Source: Phoronis australis
Taxonomy: Eukaryota > Animalia > Phoronida
DNA length: 64,000 bases
Direction of reading: 5' to 3'
NCBI GenBank assembly: GCA_002633005.1
Contig: NMRA01000018.1
Location: 645,131 to 709,130, forward strand
The notes below the pieces were generated by a model. It was not told the origin of the DNA and searched no databases. It worked only from the letters and a program-made list of their open reading frames with translations. Below, piece after piece: positions 26,297 through 39,424 of this stretch (position 1 is the stretch's first letter; the number at the start of each line of letters is the position of its first letter). A program made the position numbers and the translations under genes.

Positions 26297-29218
26297 CTTC
26301 GGTCTACCTGTTCACAGCTCTCGCTCAAACGAGGTTTATTTAGAACTTGGGGTCTTCTGGCGAACTGTTGTTGGCTTTCAATAGAGGTTTGCCCAGACTT
26401 TGCATGAGCGCACCAAGCCTAAAAATGGGGGGGCTGGAATTTTTGGGAATGTCTACCTTTTACTATAAGATTCACTGGGTATGAATTTCAGACGCTAAAT
26501 TTTGGTACTTCCTGTCTTCTAGTGGTCTTTTGTCTCGTTTTCTACTTTTTTCGGAGTTCGTGCTTCTCTGACTGAGGCAAACCTTTTTCCATTTTTCCAA
26601 ACTGGGGGCTCGTTCGAGCACATAAGCATGACAAGTCGAATACAAAATATTACAATTTTTTATTCATTTAGCCAAAATGATTCAACCTTTTACCATAATA
26701 AGTAACTTAAAACGCACAATACTTTACAACATTTAAGCATTACAAACACTAATGGACAGCACAAGTTTACATGATATGAAAGTGGATATGCATGTATCTA
26801 TTACCATGGTGACCGAATAGTGTTTCCTTACACCAGAATTTGACAAGTATGATTTAAAAAAGTATGAAGTTGCAAGGAACAAGAATTGGAGGCTTGAATC
26901 TTCACAATCCAACATAGCTTATTTCTCTAATTAAGATTATTCATATTGTTGACTTGATAACCTGAAGATTCAAAGCAATAAGTTACAAAACATGACTTGA
27001 AAGCAATTTAAACTTAACATTTAGAAAAATGTGAATCATTTTGTGACACCTAATCAAGCGTTGAACAGCAATTGACAGTAAAAAAACCCTTTCAAAATTA
27101 TTTCAACTATTTTTTTAGCTTGGTGTAAGATCACCTGAATGGGAAATTCACAGTAAAACAATTCGAATATATCTTATATTTGTTGCACAAAAGCACGAAA
27201 ATTGAACAAAGTTCCCTTTTGTAGCAACTTTTATCAAAATGTATCAACGTTAAATCTTCACAAATTACAATGTTACAGGTTGAACATGACTTCCACTTTA
27301 GCAAAAGTTGTCATGTAGTCGGTGCCGCCAGAAATCTAACGGGAATTGTGAGCACATTTATCACTTAATAAGTAACAACTGCGACGCTGAAATTTGGTGA
27401 AAACTGTTGAATCGTGCAGAATAGTAAGCAAAGATATGTCTCGCTCAATTTCACCGTAAATTGTTGGAGAAATCACTTTACACAAAGTTTTAAACTCGGA
27501 ACTTATCCCGCTGTCCTCCAATATGGTCGAATCTATCCAAAGTGACCCAAATTTCGCCACAAAAATTGCAATAACTTTACACTGCTTGCCTCGATTTTGA
27601 TACTTTTTCGATTTTTATTGAGTAGAATGCACTACCTTTCCGATGATAGCAAATTACTTTTTCAAAACGAAAAAAAAAATTAAAACGAAAAAAAAATTGG
27701 TTCGACTCATACTGGAAAATATCCGATGACTGCCGGAAATTATACGCTAACAGAGAAGGGTCAAATACTCTTAAAAATCGCTTTTGGCAAGAAAGGCGAA
27801 AAGAGTATAACGAAGGGGTATCGAAAATAAAAATTTATTTGGTAAGTATTTTCGGATACTGGAACAACATTAGCATTTTGAGACAAGGTCTTTAAAGATC
27901 CATACTAACTCTAAATCTAAACTCACACAATTTTTTGTTCGCAGCCCAAACTTTTGAAAAACATCCTGACAAAAAATCCGTGAAGCGTTGCCCTAACCGA
28001 ATGACGCATTCGGATGCGCGGGAACAATTCAGTGCAGATTTTACAATGACTCTGTGCAGGTTTCTATCGGGTGATTCGAGTTTGCTTCTCAATACCTTCC
28101 ATGCACTGGAATAATAGGTCAATTACAAAACGACACATGTCACTAGTGTTAAACTTTCTTTCTGAGGTATAAAACAAACCCGGGGTTTGGTTTTTACATT
28201 TTGAGAAAATCTTTTTTTGAAAACTGAATTTGTTGTTGTGTAAAATGAGTGTGATTTACTGTCAAGGCTGCAAATCAAATCCAAACCACGAGCAGTTGTT
28301 TGCAGTGCTCTAAGATGAGCGCTAGCGGGAGCTGTGGGCACTTAATTGGAAATTCTTAAAATTTGAGAGGAATGTTTAGTATACCTCAAAGGTAGAGAGT
28401 AGGCGCATGGGTGGGCATAGTCGTTTACATGAGTGTTTGGCGTAAAAAGTTATTGAAAGACTGCATTTGTAAGAAAGGCTTTTATAATGCGATTTTGCGA
28501 GGCACACTACATCTAGTACGTAGGGTTGACTTTTTGGCTATCGTTACCACCTACACTGTACCCTTTTTAGCCTCCCGGAATAATTTTGTTTTTAATTGAC
28601 CGCTCTAGCCGGAACAAGATTCTTTCTATTAGAGTCTGCGGCCTGGTCCGGGGAGCAAAAAATTGGTGGGGGTGTATAAATGTAAGAATAAAAAGTTCGC
28701 TATCAACCACGCATCTACCCGGCTAGTTGCAATAGCTGGCTAAGGGCCCAGAACATTTGTGCCCGGTCTCCAATCTCCGTACGCAGACTCATACTCATAC
28801 TCTAGATTCCATACTCAAAAAATCGTGCTCACTGGAGTCGTACTCAAAAAAGCGTATTTAATGTCGCATTTCTAGTAGCTCCCCGCTTCCTACTGCCCTG
28901 CCCAGGTAAACATCGGAACAGGAAAATATAATTCGGTTGTGGGCTACATCGGTCCCGGGCAATGTCGTAAAGCATTAGGCCTTTTATAACCGCCGAGAAT
29001 CTGTGAAGTTCATTGTCATACAATGCATTGGAACCCGGGTGCTTAACAGAGCCAAACCGGTATACTCCTTCATTTAGGACTGTGGCTGTTCTCTTTTGAT
29101 GTGAGCTTTGGAGTGGTGCGCACGCGTGAGGTCATGCACTTGAATCGCTGGCGCAGGCCTACACTTTACGTTGGCAACAAAAAATGACATGGCAAATGCG
29201 ACCCTTTCGGAAAATAAT

Positions 29219-30377
29219 ATTTTATCGTAATCTATTTTGCCCGGGGTACGCCACGAGCTATGTTGCAGAGTAAAACAAGAGGATTGGGAATATTTGTCAT
29301 TTATTATGACGTAATAGATAACACTAACTAAGACTCTGCAAGATGGGCATGCAGAAAACGCCCACCGGCGTGTACAATGACTAGCCCTGCAAGAGGGAAC
29401 AAAACAAAAGAACTGCCTGAAGGGCTTAAAGGAAAAGTACAGAACATGAACACAAAAACTGAAAAAAAAACTGAAAAAACCTAACAGGAAGTGTATACGT
29501 GCAAAGAGAAAGTGGAACCGCCACCCGGGATGGAGGGTGGGGAAAAAATGAAGAGAACGAACGTAGGTCTTGTAGACGACGAGGTAGGTGGCTGAATGAG
29601 AGACCACGTTGAACAGAACAAAGGAAATATGGGCGACCAATCAGGAGTCGCGCAGAGAAACGTATGAATACAAAAGTAGGCCCTAGAGGCTATAAAAAGA
29701 GATGAGTAATGCAAAATAAACCCTAAGGACTGGTCTCAAAATAAAGAGACAAGTGTCAAAATAATGACGATAAATGCATTTAACAAGTTAAATTTAATTT
29801 ATCGTAATCTATTTTGCCCGGGGTACGCCACGAGCTATGTTGCAGAGTAAAACAAGAGGATTGGGAATATTTGTCATTTATTATGACGTAATAGATAACA
29901 CTAACTAAGACTCTGCAAGATGGGCATGCAGAAAACGCCCACCGGCGTGTACAATGACTAGCCCTGCAAGAGGGAACAAAACAAAAGAACTGCCTGAAGG
30001 GCTTAAAGGAAAAGTACAGAACATGAACACAAAAACTGAAAAAAAAACTGAAAAAACCTAACAGGAAGTGTATACGTGCAAAGAGAAAGTGGAACCGCCA
30101 CCCGGGATGGAGGGTGGGGAAAAAATGAAGAGAACGAACGTAGGTCTTGTAGACGACGAGGTAGGTGGCTGAATGAGAGACCACGTTGAACAGAACAAAG
30201 GAAATATGGGCGACCAATCAGGAGTCGCGCAGAGAAACGTATGAATACAAAAGTAGGCCCTAGAGGCTATAAATAGAGATGAGTAATGCAAAATAAACCC
30301 TAAGGACTGGTCTCAAAATAAAGAGACAAGTGTCAAAATAATGACGATAAATGCATTTAACAAGTTAAATTTAATTT
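29219..30377. repeat. Near-perfect tandem duplication, 577-bp unit x2, ending in an LTR-like terminus
   Basis: Identical ORFs are offset by 577 nt (29481-29714 vs 30058-30291). Only one difference was noticed (TATAAAAAGA vs TATAAATAGA). Followed by GTTTCGTGACA. Confidence 0.9.
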
Positions 30378-30824
30378 AGTTTCGTGACACCTAGCGACCT
30401 GATAACGTGTGAGATCAGAGACCATCGTTTCTGTGACATGTGCGTCAACGGTATTTTCTGTGTCTTCACAAGTGGATGAGAATTTCATAAAAAGGAAATA
30501 AACACTTTCGATGGAAGTGGAAATTGGCTTTGTTTTGAAATTGCTCTAAATGAGGGATTAGTCAAGTATGCGTAATTTAAATAAAGCTCTCCAAGCCCTA
30601 ATGAACAACGTGTTTGAGCGGTTGTATTATTGCATGATTCCAAATATTCTGAGGTGCATTGTAGCAGGATTTGAACAGCCGATAGTGTCAGTGAATGCTA
30701 TTTTATCATGTTGTGCACTAAACCTGCTGCAGTTGTATTATTTGATACACTGTAAATGTGTAAACAAACTAGCCAAATAGATGATCTTTACACTTCTTAC
30801 ATACCTTGCATTTTGCCAAATTTA

Positions 30825-32930
30825 GTGGGGACAAAAAACAACACCTGAATAATATATACATGTATTTTAGGTTGTTTTGGGAATTTCAGGGTCACGGTTC
30901 ATCAACTAATTATTTTACAGAAAGTACCAGACGGGAACCTTAATTACAAGAGATAACACTCACATTTACGATACTCAATGTGTAATTGAGTATCGGATAC
31001 TAAGTGGCACAGGTTAGTATAGTGCCAAATGGGTACATAACACCAAATGGGTATTGGCAAATTGCCTACCAAGTGGATCGAGCAAAACGGCAAATAAGTA
31101 CCAAGTGGGTACAAACTGCCAAATTAGCAAATATCTTATAAAGTACCAAGTGGGTACATCAAACAACCAACGGGGCCATAACAACACGACAAAACAGGTT
31201 CTGGACAAGCTGAGTGAGCAGACCAGCCGGAGTGATAAAAAGAGATATTGTAAGGAACGTGATGTTGTGGCTCAGTTTGTCCTGAGAGCTGTGACCGGGG
31301 TGGAGAGAGGCAATTCGCAGTGACGGACGCTTGAGTGCAGTTCTGGTCGCTAGCCAATGAAGTCTTTTCTTGCTTGACGGCAACACGATCCGGGCTTGAA
31401 GGAGGTACCAGCAGTGAGTGTAATAACAACAACAACAACCAGCAGTAGATTTTGTTCAACACAGGGTAGGGAGGGTGAGATAGGTATAAAACTGTTTAAT
31501 TATGAATATTTACGAGTAAATAATTATATTGTTGCTTGAGGCTGGGCCTCACCGGAAGCTGGAGAGAAAAAACGACTACTATCGGACTAGATAGGGACCA
31601 ACTAGGAGTTGCATATGAAGCTGGAAGGGCTGTAGAATAGTATTTGGCCAAATATTAGGATTTATGTCCGAGTACCATCAATCTCATGATTAGGGACAAA
31701 TAAAACAACACAAAAATAACATATATTTTAGGTTGTACAGGGAATTTCAATTAATTATTTTACAGAAGGTACCAGAGGGGTACCTTTGTTTTACAAGAGA
31801 TAAGATACACATTAACGATACCCAATATGTAATTGAGTACAGGATTCTAAAGTGGCACAAGTTAGTATAGTACCAAATGGGTATATAATACCAAATGGGT
31901 ATAGGCCAATAGCCTACCAAGTGGGTCGAGCAAAACGGCAAATTCAGTAATAAGTACCAAGTGGGTGCAAACTGTCAAATAAGCAAATATCATAGAAAGT
32001 ACCAAGTGGGTACATCAAACAACCACCTGGGCCATAAAAACACGGCAAAGCAGGTTCTGGACAAGCTGAGTGAGCAGACAAGCCGGGGTGATGAAAAGAG
32101 ATATTGTCGGGAAAGTGATGTTGTGGCTCAGTTTGTCCTGAGAGCTGTGACCCGAGTGGAGAGAGGCAATTCGCAGTGACGGACGCTCTAGTGCAGCTCT
32201 GGTCGCTAGCCAATGAAGTCTTTTCTTGCTTGACAGCAACACGATCCGGGCATAAAGGAGGTACCAGCAGTGACTGTGATAACAACAGCAACCAGCAGCA
32301 GATTTTGTTAAACACAGGGTAGGGAGGGTGAAATAGGTATAAAACTGCTTAATAAGGAAAATTTACGAGTGAATATATTGTTGCTTGAGGCTCATGGGCC
32401 CCACCGGAAGCTGGAGAGAAAAAAACGACTACTATCGGACTAGAGAGGGACTAACTAGGAGTTGGATATGAAGCTGGAAGGGCTGTAGAATAGTATTTGC
32501 CCAAATATTAGAATTTATGTCCGACTACCATAAATCTCATGATTAGGGACAAATAAAACAACATAAGAATAGCATATATTTTAGATTGTATTGGGAACTT
32601 CAATTAATTACTTTACAGAACGTACCAGATGGGTACCTTCATTACAATAAATAAGATACACATTTACGATACCCAATGTGTAATTGAGTTAAGTACCGGA
32701 TACTAAAGTGGCACAGGTTATTATAGTACAAAATGGGTACGTAATACAAAATGGGTATTGGCCGATTGCCTACCACGTGGGTCAAACAAAACGATAAATT
32801 CAATAATAAATACCAAATGGGCACAAACTGCCAAATGAACACATGTCATATAAAGTACCAAGTGGGTATACCAAACAGTGATAAAACATATTGTAAGAAA
32901 CATGGCGTTATAACTCAGTTTGTGCCACAT
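30825..32930 (-). repeat. About 855-865-bp tandem repeat (2.4 units), probably reiterated Ngaro terminal repeats
   Basis: Units start with GGGACAAA at about 30827, 31693 and 32546. Homologous ORFs are offset by 856 nt. There are internal TACCAA(G/A)TGGGT sub-repeats. The array abuts the Ngaro coding remnant. Confidence 0.8.
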
Positions 32931-33059
32931 GGGCAGGATTGCGTGACCCTGGTACTCAGACACGAATGTATAGAGTGGGAGGTGATGTGGGAAAAAGTAG
33001 TCGGACAGTTGAACAAATATTGTGATATACCCCTAACAAAGCTACCATGTAGAAGACTC

Positions 33060-33960
33060 TTACCTAAACACAACTGAGAGAGCTATTGGCTATACACCCG
33101 AGGTCCGCCAGCAGCGAATTGCTCTAAAACACCCTTAATAGCATTGGGAAAAATATCTTTCCCTAAAGGGTAACAGGTGGACTGAATCTGGCGTTCGTCG
33201 TAATGCCAGGGTGCCTGGTGTAGCACCCAGAATGAGTGAGAACAATCTTAGCCGCCATGGAGTTCATTTTGGCCTGGCGGTGATCCTGGTTCCTCTTCTT
33301 CATTGTAACCGTGGTAGTACTGCGGACCAAACAATTGTACTGCGTGGAAATTTGTTATGGATTCTGGAAATATCTGCCTTGAGGGTGGTGCGTAGCTCAT
33401 GTAATTTGGTGTGACCGATGTTGCCAGCACAGTGCAGGATGGTGTATGGCGGCTGGTCTTCAAGGCGATTCATCGTCCACAGTTTAGGTATGAGCTGGTT
33501 CCACTGGAGCCTGCCTAAGCCTTTCCAAAAGATGCCTTTCATTCCCACTGATTGTAACCCCAAGTTCGTGCCGCCGAGGCCAATCCTGGCATGAACAAAC
33601 GCCCGTTTGATGATCGAAGATCCCATAATGCACACGGTTTTAGACCCTGAAAGACTTAAACTGTCTTTTAGAACCAGTCTACATTGTGAACCAATAGTTT
33701 TTTTCGGAATTAATACGAACATAGGTTTTGTATGCTTGTGAGTGTGTAGACATCTGCTTGTGAGTCTGGTGTTCAGCCAGATGTGCTTGCCGCTTTGGCA
33801 GCACCGATGCGGAATGAATGTGACCGGTTTCAGCCATGATTCAGACGCAGTTTCTTTATTGCCAACTGAAGGATAGCGTTAAACTCATAGCGAGTGAGAG
33901 GTTTTCTCTCCCCGAAATAAGTGAACAGCTTGCCACTTACATTTTAAAAAGGCAATAGGG
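33060..33960 (-). mobile_element. Ngaro-type tyrosine-recombinase retrotransposon remnant (end of YR plus SGNH hydrolase)
   Basis: YR C-terminus LTRYEFNAILQLAIKKL...SHSFRIGAA...AYKTYVRI (about 33710-33900) overlaps an SGNH-like ORF VCIMGSSIIKRA...PPYTILHCAGN...IVWSAVLPR (33300-33722). The YR-then-hydrolase order is characteristic of Ngaro. Confidence 0.8.
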
Positions 33961-36353
33961 CATTCACTGCTTCATCATGTACAATTCCCCTGGACTGTTA
34001 AAACTAAGAAATTTCCAACACAACTATCTCATCTAGCATCACGTTCGATTTAACTTTACAAACAATCCGGTTGAGGTAGTGAACAGTGTTGTGTTAGTAA
34101 GCGGTCAGAGCTTACAGTCACAAAGGAATCAGCAGGTGAAAGTCAAGTCTAATGTCTCTAAAAGTCAACCGTTTTCTCCGTTCGAAGATTTTTGGTGAAC
34201 AGTATTTCGTACAAAACACATCTTCACGATATTTGTTGAACGTCGTATTTTTAGATATTGATTAGCGTCAGGCTCGCTGTTTACAACATAATTGCTGGGT
34301 GCCGTAAGCTTCTCAGATAAACGCAGACGAGAGAGATGGACTGTGTAAATACTGGTATGCCAACTTCCTCCCCTTGGTGCATTTGTATCGTTGTCAAGAT
34401 GATAACAACCCGGCTGTATCCCGACTAGCCGATCAGCGAAACGTTACGGATTAATCAGTCTTGCACAGTTAGTAACAAAGCCGATGTATTGTCCATTTGA
34501 CGCTGCATGGTTGTCAAGACTAATTTGAAAACATAACGTTGATTTAACCAGATTTTGAATTGTTTAATGCGCAAATCCAATCACATGCAGTGTGAACGTC
34601 AACCAATTTCCAAATGTGAGGAATTGGCCGAACCAATTCCAATAAATTCTGAACGTATTTCTTGAGTCAGGCAGTTTGCCATGGAAATGTAATCCTTTCA
34701 TGGTAAAGATTATTACAAGAACATTTTACAAGCGGGAAATGAAGCCTCTTTCAAATTTCATTTTCTCACAGCTCTTGGTGACTGCATTGAAGCCTAAAAT
34801 TAAAAATAGAATGTAGGCTATCTTCAACTTTCTGAACACCATAAAACATAAATTGTTACATGAAGTATTGTATTTACTGTACACGAAAACAACCAATTGT
34901 TTGGAGTTGATTTGTTTTATTTTAAGTCTTTCATAACACATTAGTACCATGTTTAAGGATCTGTATTTCTAGACATGCTGTACAACATCAGCACTGGTAA
35001 GGCCTATTCTTTAAAGCAAGCACCTGCAGAATGAATATAGTCTTGCAAACAACTGAGGATGAATAAATGTGATCATTAATTAATTTGAAAAAAAAAACTG
35101 CACACTGATCAGTAAACAATGGTCGGATACGGCTTAACCTAACTTTTGAGAACGAGTTTGATGCCCAGTATTCAGTGGAGAAAGTAGTTCTCAAAATGCA
35201 CTATACCGACAATAACTGAAATGAGTCTTATCCATGTACACTGACAGGCACTGACAGGCCCGTGGTCAGCATTGCGCGGGGGGGGTCGAATTTCTTGAAT
35301 GGTGGACCTTTGATATTTTGCAAACGTCGACACTGTGGAGTTTCCATTGAGGCCCTCAGTTGACGTAGCGGGAGGGAAATTTGCATATACAACGATGACT
35401 CTCAGCTCTATGTTTTTGAGATGAGACGGAATTAGTACTACCAGAGATGAGGATGCCGTGACGGTTGCTCGCAAGGAACGGGACACAATTCGAATGTAAT
35501 GTGGTCCAAACGGTTCTCGTGTTACTTCCTGCCAAATTTTCAAATCAAGCATGCTTAAATGAGTGATTACACCTATTCGGACAGAAATATCGGAAAATAA
35601 CTTGACGAAGTTGTTTATCTATTTTTACGTGTTACTGAAGTTGCTTACGTCATTGGAAATGGGAAAAGCCCACTACTCACCACTCGGTTATCCATTCCGA
35701 AGTTTCACTACTACGGAAAGATCTAACTTTTTCAACTCGTGTAATTTTTACAATTTTAAATACAAAAATGAGTGATACTTCGGTTATTTGAAACTCTGAA
35801 TGGTGTACGTATACCGAAAACAACGCCCGGATACTAAAACAATTTATTTGGATTTCATGCCCATGCGGAATTGCCAGCATGTCTTACGAACACGGGAAAA
35901 TGAGAACGTTATTGCACTTTAAATATATGGAGTGGGAAAATTGGTGAATTATCAACCATGATACATTCATCAAATCCATGTCAAGGTCGCATCATTTCAC
36001 AGCGCGACTGAAAAGTTTAGGGCCGCTGCGCCTGAACCTCACCCACCGGAACCACTCACACGCCCGGGTCGAAGTTAAATGTACATGTAGTTAGCTCGTT
36101 GCCAGTCTTCACGAAGTCAGAGAGCCCCATTCAGTCTTCTTAAATTTAAAACCGTTGGTCGCCGTAGCCCTGACCCGTGCCCCAGATGTTGTCTCTGCTT
36201 GAGAATGAGTCGTTAGTTAGATTCGAGAATCACGATTGGCAGTAATTGGAACTGAGCTCTTTTATAAACATTGTAATCAATGTACAATAACTATTTAACT
36301 TTTGCACACCCTTTAAATGGTTACTAAATGGGCACAAACACGATGTCTGTTAG

Positions 36354-36530
36354 GACTCATTAGCAGACAATCAGAGGTAGGAACTCCTGTTTGGGAGACC
36401 TGGGTTCGAATCCTGGCTTCACTGGCTGACAATCTAGCATTGCACAAAGGTGTCTTCTACTCCTCTGAGCTCGATCTTGGTAGTGAATGTGTGCAAGAGT
36501 GTGAATTAGAACCTGGATATAATGCGAAAT
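36354..36530 (+). mobile_element. Probable tRNA-derived SINE
   Basis: B box GGTTCGAATCC at about 36403-36413 with a degenerate A box upstream. It does not fold into a full cloverleaf by inspection. Confidence 0.4.
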
Positions 36531-39059
36531 CGACTCCTGGGCCTTTGCTTATATTCAAAAAAAGTAACCGTCGGAGTTCTGGTTTTGGAGTTGTGGACAT
36601 TCGAAGTAGTGAACTTTCGAAGTAGCGAACCTTCGGAGTAGTGGACCTTTGGAATAATGGCATCAAACCTTGGAAATCTTTTCCATCAAGTTAGTTGCTC
36701 ATGTGAAGTCTGTGAGGCTGTGCACCATTGACACTATTGACAATAGGAGTCTATCTTCATTGACCAAAGTTTTTATTGGGTCTTGACTTAGTTTTCCCCA
36801 AAAATGTGAACATGCTCGTCGGTGTTTTCTCAGTGCAAGAATAGTTAAATTCTGGTTTTCGAACATCAACGGAGGACTGCCTATGCTAATTTACTTCTAT
36901 TGAATTTTAAATGAGGGAAACGCACACACGTGTACAGACATGCATGTCAACCCACCAATCCACAATAGAAGTGGACACTGGATGATTAAACATACCTGTG
37001 TTTGACGAACACTTTCAATTCCAAATTTAAAAATGCCTGGCCTTTACCTTTCTGATGTGAACAAAATAATCAGTTGTTGGACTATGGATTGAGTTAGCTA
37101 CGTTGCGTCCTCATCTCGAGGACTTCGGCAGGCCACTGAGGCGTCACTTGACTAATCATGTGATTGATAGCACAGTTTGCGTGGGATACTCTTTAGCGCC
37201 CTCTCCCAAGTTCTTGGTAACTGAAATCTCAGGACCCCTTGTCTGTTTAAACTGGGATTCTCCACTCATTCATATATATATTGCCTCCTTGACCCCTCGC
37301 CTGAACCAGTTTGCTTCCCTATCTAGAATAGTGACATCCTCCATGGAGAAAGAATGGTCCGTACCAGCCATGTCGGAGAATACCGCCGAATCTTAACAAT
37401 CTCCGTAACTGGGCCTGCGATGTTGACTTTGTCCTGATGTCCCTTCCGTTGTCAAGTTATGAGTTCTGTGGCCTGACCTCGCGATGGTCTGCCTTATGGA
37501 ATGACCAATCAGGATAGCCACATCTCTTTAACACAGTTCTGTTATAATCTCTAACTTAGCACCAACCTATTTTGTGCTGTTTTGTTTCTTGGTCGATTTT
37601 GAGGCATTCACACATCTCTACAAGTTTTTGGGAGCTCTCTCGCTGCTATGTAGCTTAGCTAAGTACATGTATAGACATTTACTTCTAAACTCATTTGTTA
37701 CCCTACGGTGTAACCACCACGTGTGTTCTGATGGTTCTGGTACAAAAGAGCTTCACCGCTGAGGTAAATATGCAGGGGTAGCAAACAAATAAGCATTTCC
37801 ATTGCAGCTGTAGGTGTCCCTGGAAAAGCCGTAGTAACACACAAGCAATCTAAACGCTGTATTTGTGTCAGTTTAGTTGTAACAGTGCTCTGTTCAAGAG
37901 ATGTTATTCATACTGATGCCGTGTAAGCTAACATCGGTTTGATAACACCACTGTACATCCAACGATAACGTGATAAGTAAATCATTTTGTCACAAGTTGT
38001 ACAGTAGCACGCTGAGGCAATATTTAAACAGCCAAGCACGATAGATTTACCTTTACATTAACTTTATATTCTTCGACTGGACACGGCTTACACTTCTGGG
38101 TTTCTTTTCACGGAATTCGTCTAGCAATAACTCATAAAATGTACCTCATTCAGTTCAAAATTTAAAAATGTCGAAAATAACAGTATTTCACTTGCACAAA
38201 TATTATACAGCCAACAGACGAACTTTGAAACTACTAGTTATTACAGAACTATGTCAAAGCCCATCTCGGTTGCGACCATTTTAATAAGAAGTTATGGTTT
38301 GTTTTCCCCTCGCGTAAAATGGCAGGAAATTAGTGACGTCAGTCCTCATCAAACAATTGTAACATCTTACTGTTTCAGGCAATTTGTTCCACATAGTAAC
38401 ACCTCAATTGGGTATTGAGTTTAAGCCGTAAGTATAGTTGACGTAATCATTTTATGAACTCACTTTCATTCTCATTCGATGATCTACTGCAGGTTAAATG
38501 TCTGAAAGGCTAAAGCTTAATTTGTGGTTTATAGGAACACTTCTATGAAAACTAATACCTAACAAACGATTACTTACCAAGGTTACATTACAAAACAATT
38601 ATAACTCTAGACCTTTAAAACTGTGATGCAAGCTAACCACAAATAACAAATTTGAATTAGAAGTAATTTAGTCTGTACAACTGGAATCTTAAAACTATTG
38701 GAGGCAATTAGTAATTTTGTAGCAGAAGGCGCAAGGCAGGTAAATGTCACTTGTATATTTGCTTTCAATCGCTGTCTGTTTCTGTATCAGCAATGCCGGA
38801 ATCAGGAGGTCAAAGCGGAAAATCCGTTAATAAATAAATATGAGGTCGCTAACTGGCACGAGAGTAAAATTTACTTTACGACTGGGTCGCGCTTGCGTGC
38901 GATATCAGAGATGTTGTCGTACATATTCGATAAATAAGGAATCTTACGTGAAAAATAAATCATATTTTTTTCCTCTACGTTAAGTTTGGTTAGTCGATGG
39001 TTTAAGAATCGCTGTTTCGTAACGTTTTATCACGTGTTGTGCCGTGGTCCGAAACTTTT

Positions 39060-39404
39060 TTCAGCGCATCCAGAAATTTGCAGGAAAAGCCGAAAGTGTT
39101 AGCCAACGAAAAACGTCAGAATTTAATTCTGAATTATATCATGTTAGCGCGACATGTTTACAAGTCGTCGGGAGGGCTGTTCTCTTTTAATGTTCTCTTG
39201 AACTTGACTTGTCAACAACAAAATAACGGTCGGAATCACACGAGTTGCTTCATATTTGTCAGGTATCTGTCGAGACGTTTAAGAACTCAACTCGAATACG
39301 TTGTAAATCCCAGGTAGCATTTTGCGACTTGATGCGGGCTGGCAAAAAATCTCAGCTCTCATTTCCAAATTTCAGGTCACAAATGCAACCTGCATGTCGA
39401 GCCC
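39060..39404 (-). mobile_element. hAT-like element terminus ending 20 nt upstream of the last exon
   Basis: Collinear with 262-453 and the reverse complement of 23779-24120. Ends ATGTCGAGCCC. Confidence 0.7.
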
Positions 39405-39424
39405 AACCGTTCCAATATTTCTAG

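Noticed and set aside
29074-30217. Duplicated Phe-rich minus-strand ORFs (188 and 145 aa) containing YKTYVR
   Set aside because: Low-complexity translation of an A-rich repeat. The YKTYVR match to the nearby recombinase end lacks the other YR motifs.
31014-32315. Repeated short ORFs with signal-peptide-like starts (MLNKIYCWLLLLL...)
   Set aside because: They lie within the tandem repeat, start at non-ATG codons, and the Leu run comes from a (CAA)n microsatellite.
36354-36425. tRNA gene
   Set aside because: A B box is present but there is no convincing cloverleaf; better explained as a SINE head.
39322-39424. N-terminal 34 aa of the 647-aa ORF (MRLDAGWQK...)
   Set aside because: It starts at TTG inside a hAT-like repeat also found at 262-453 and 23779. 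A phase-compatible splice acceptor at 39424 explains the real start of the exon.
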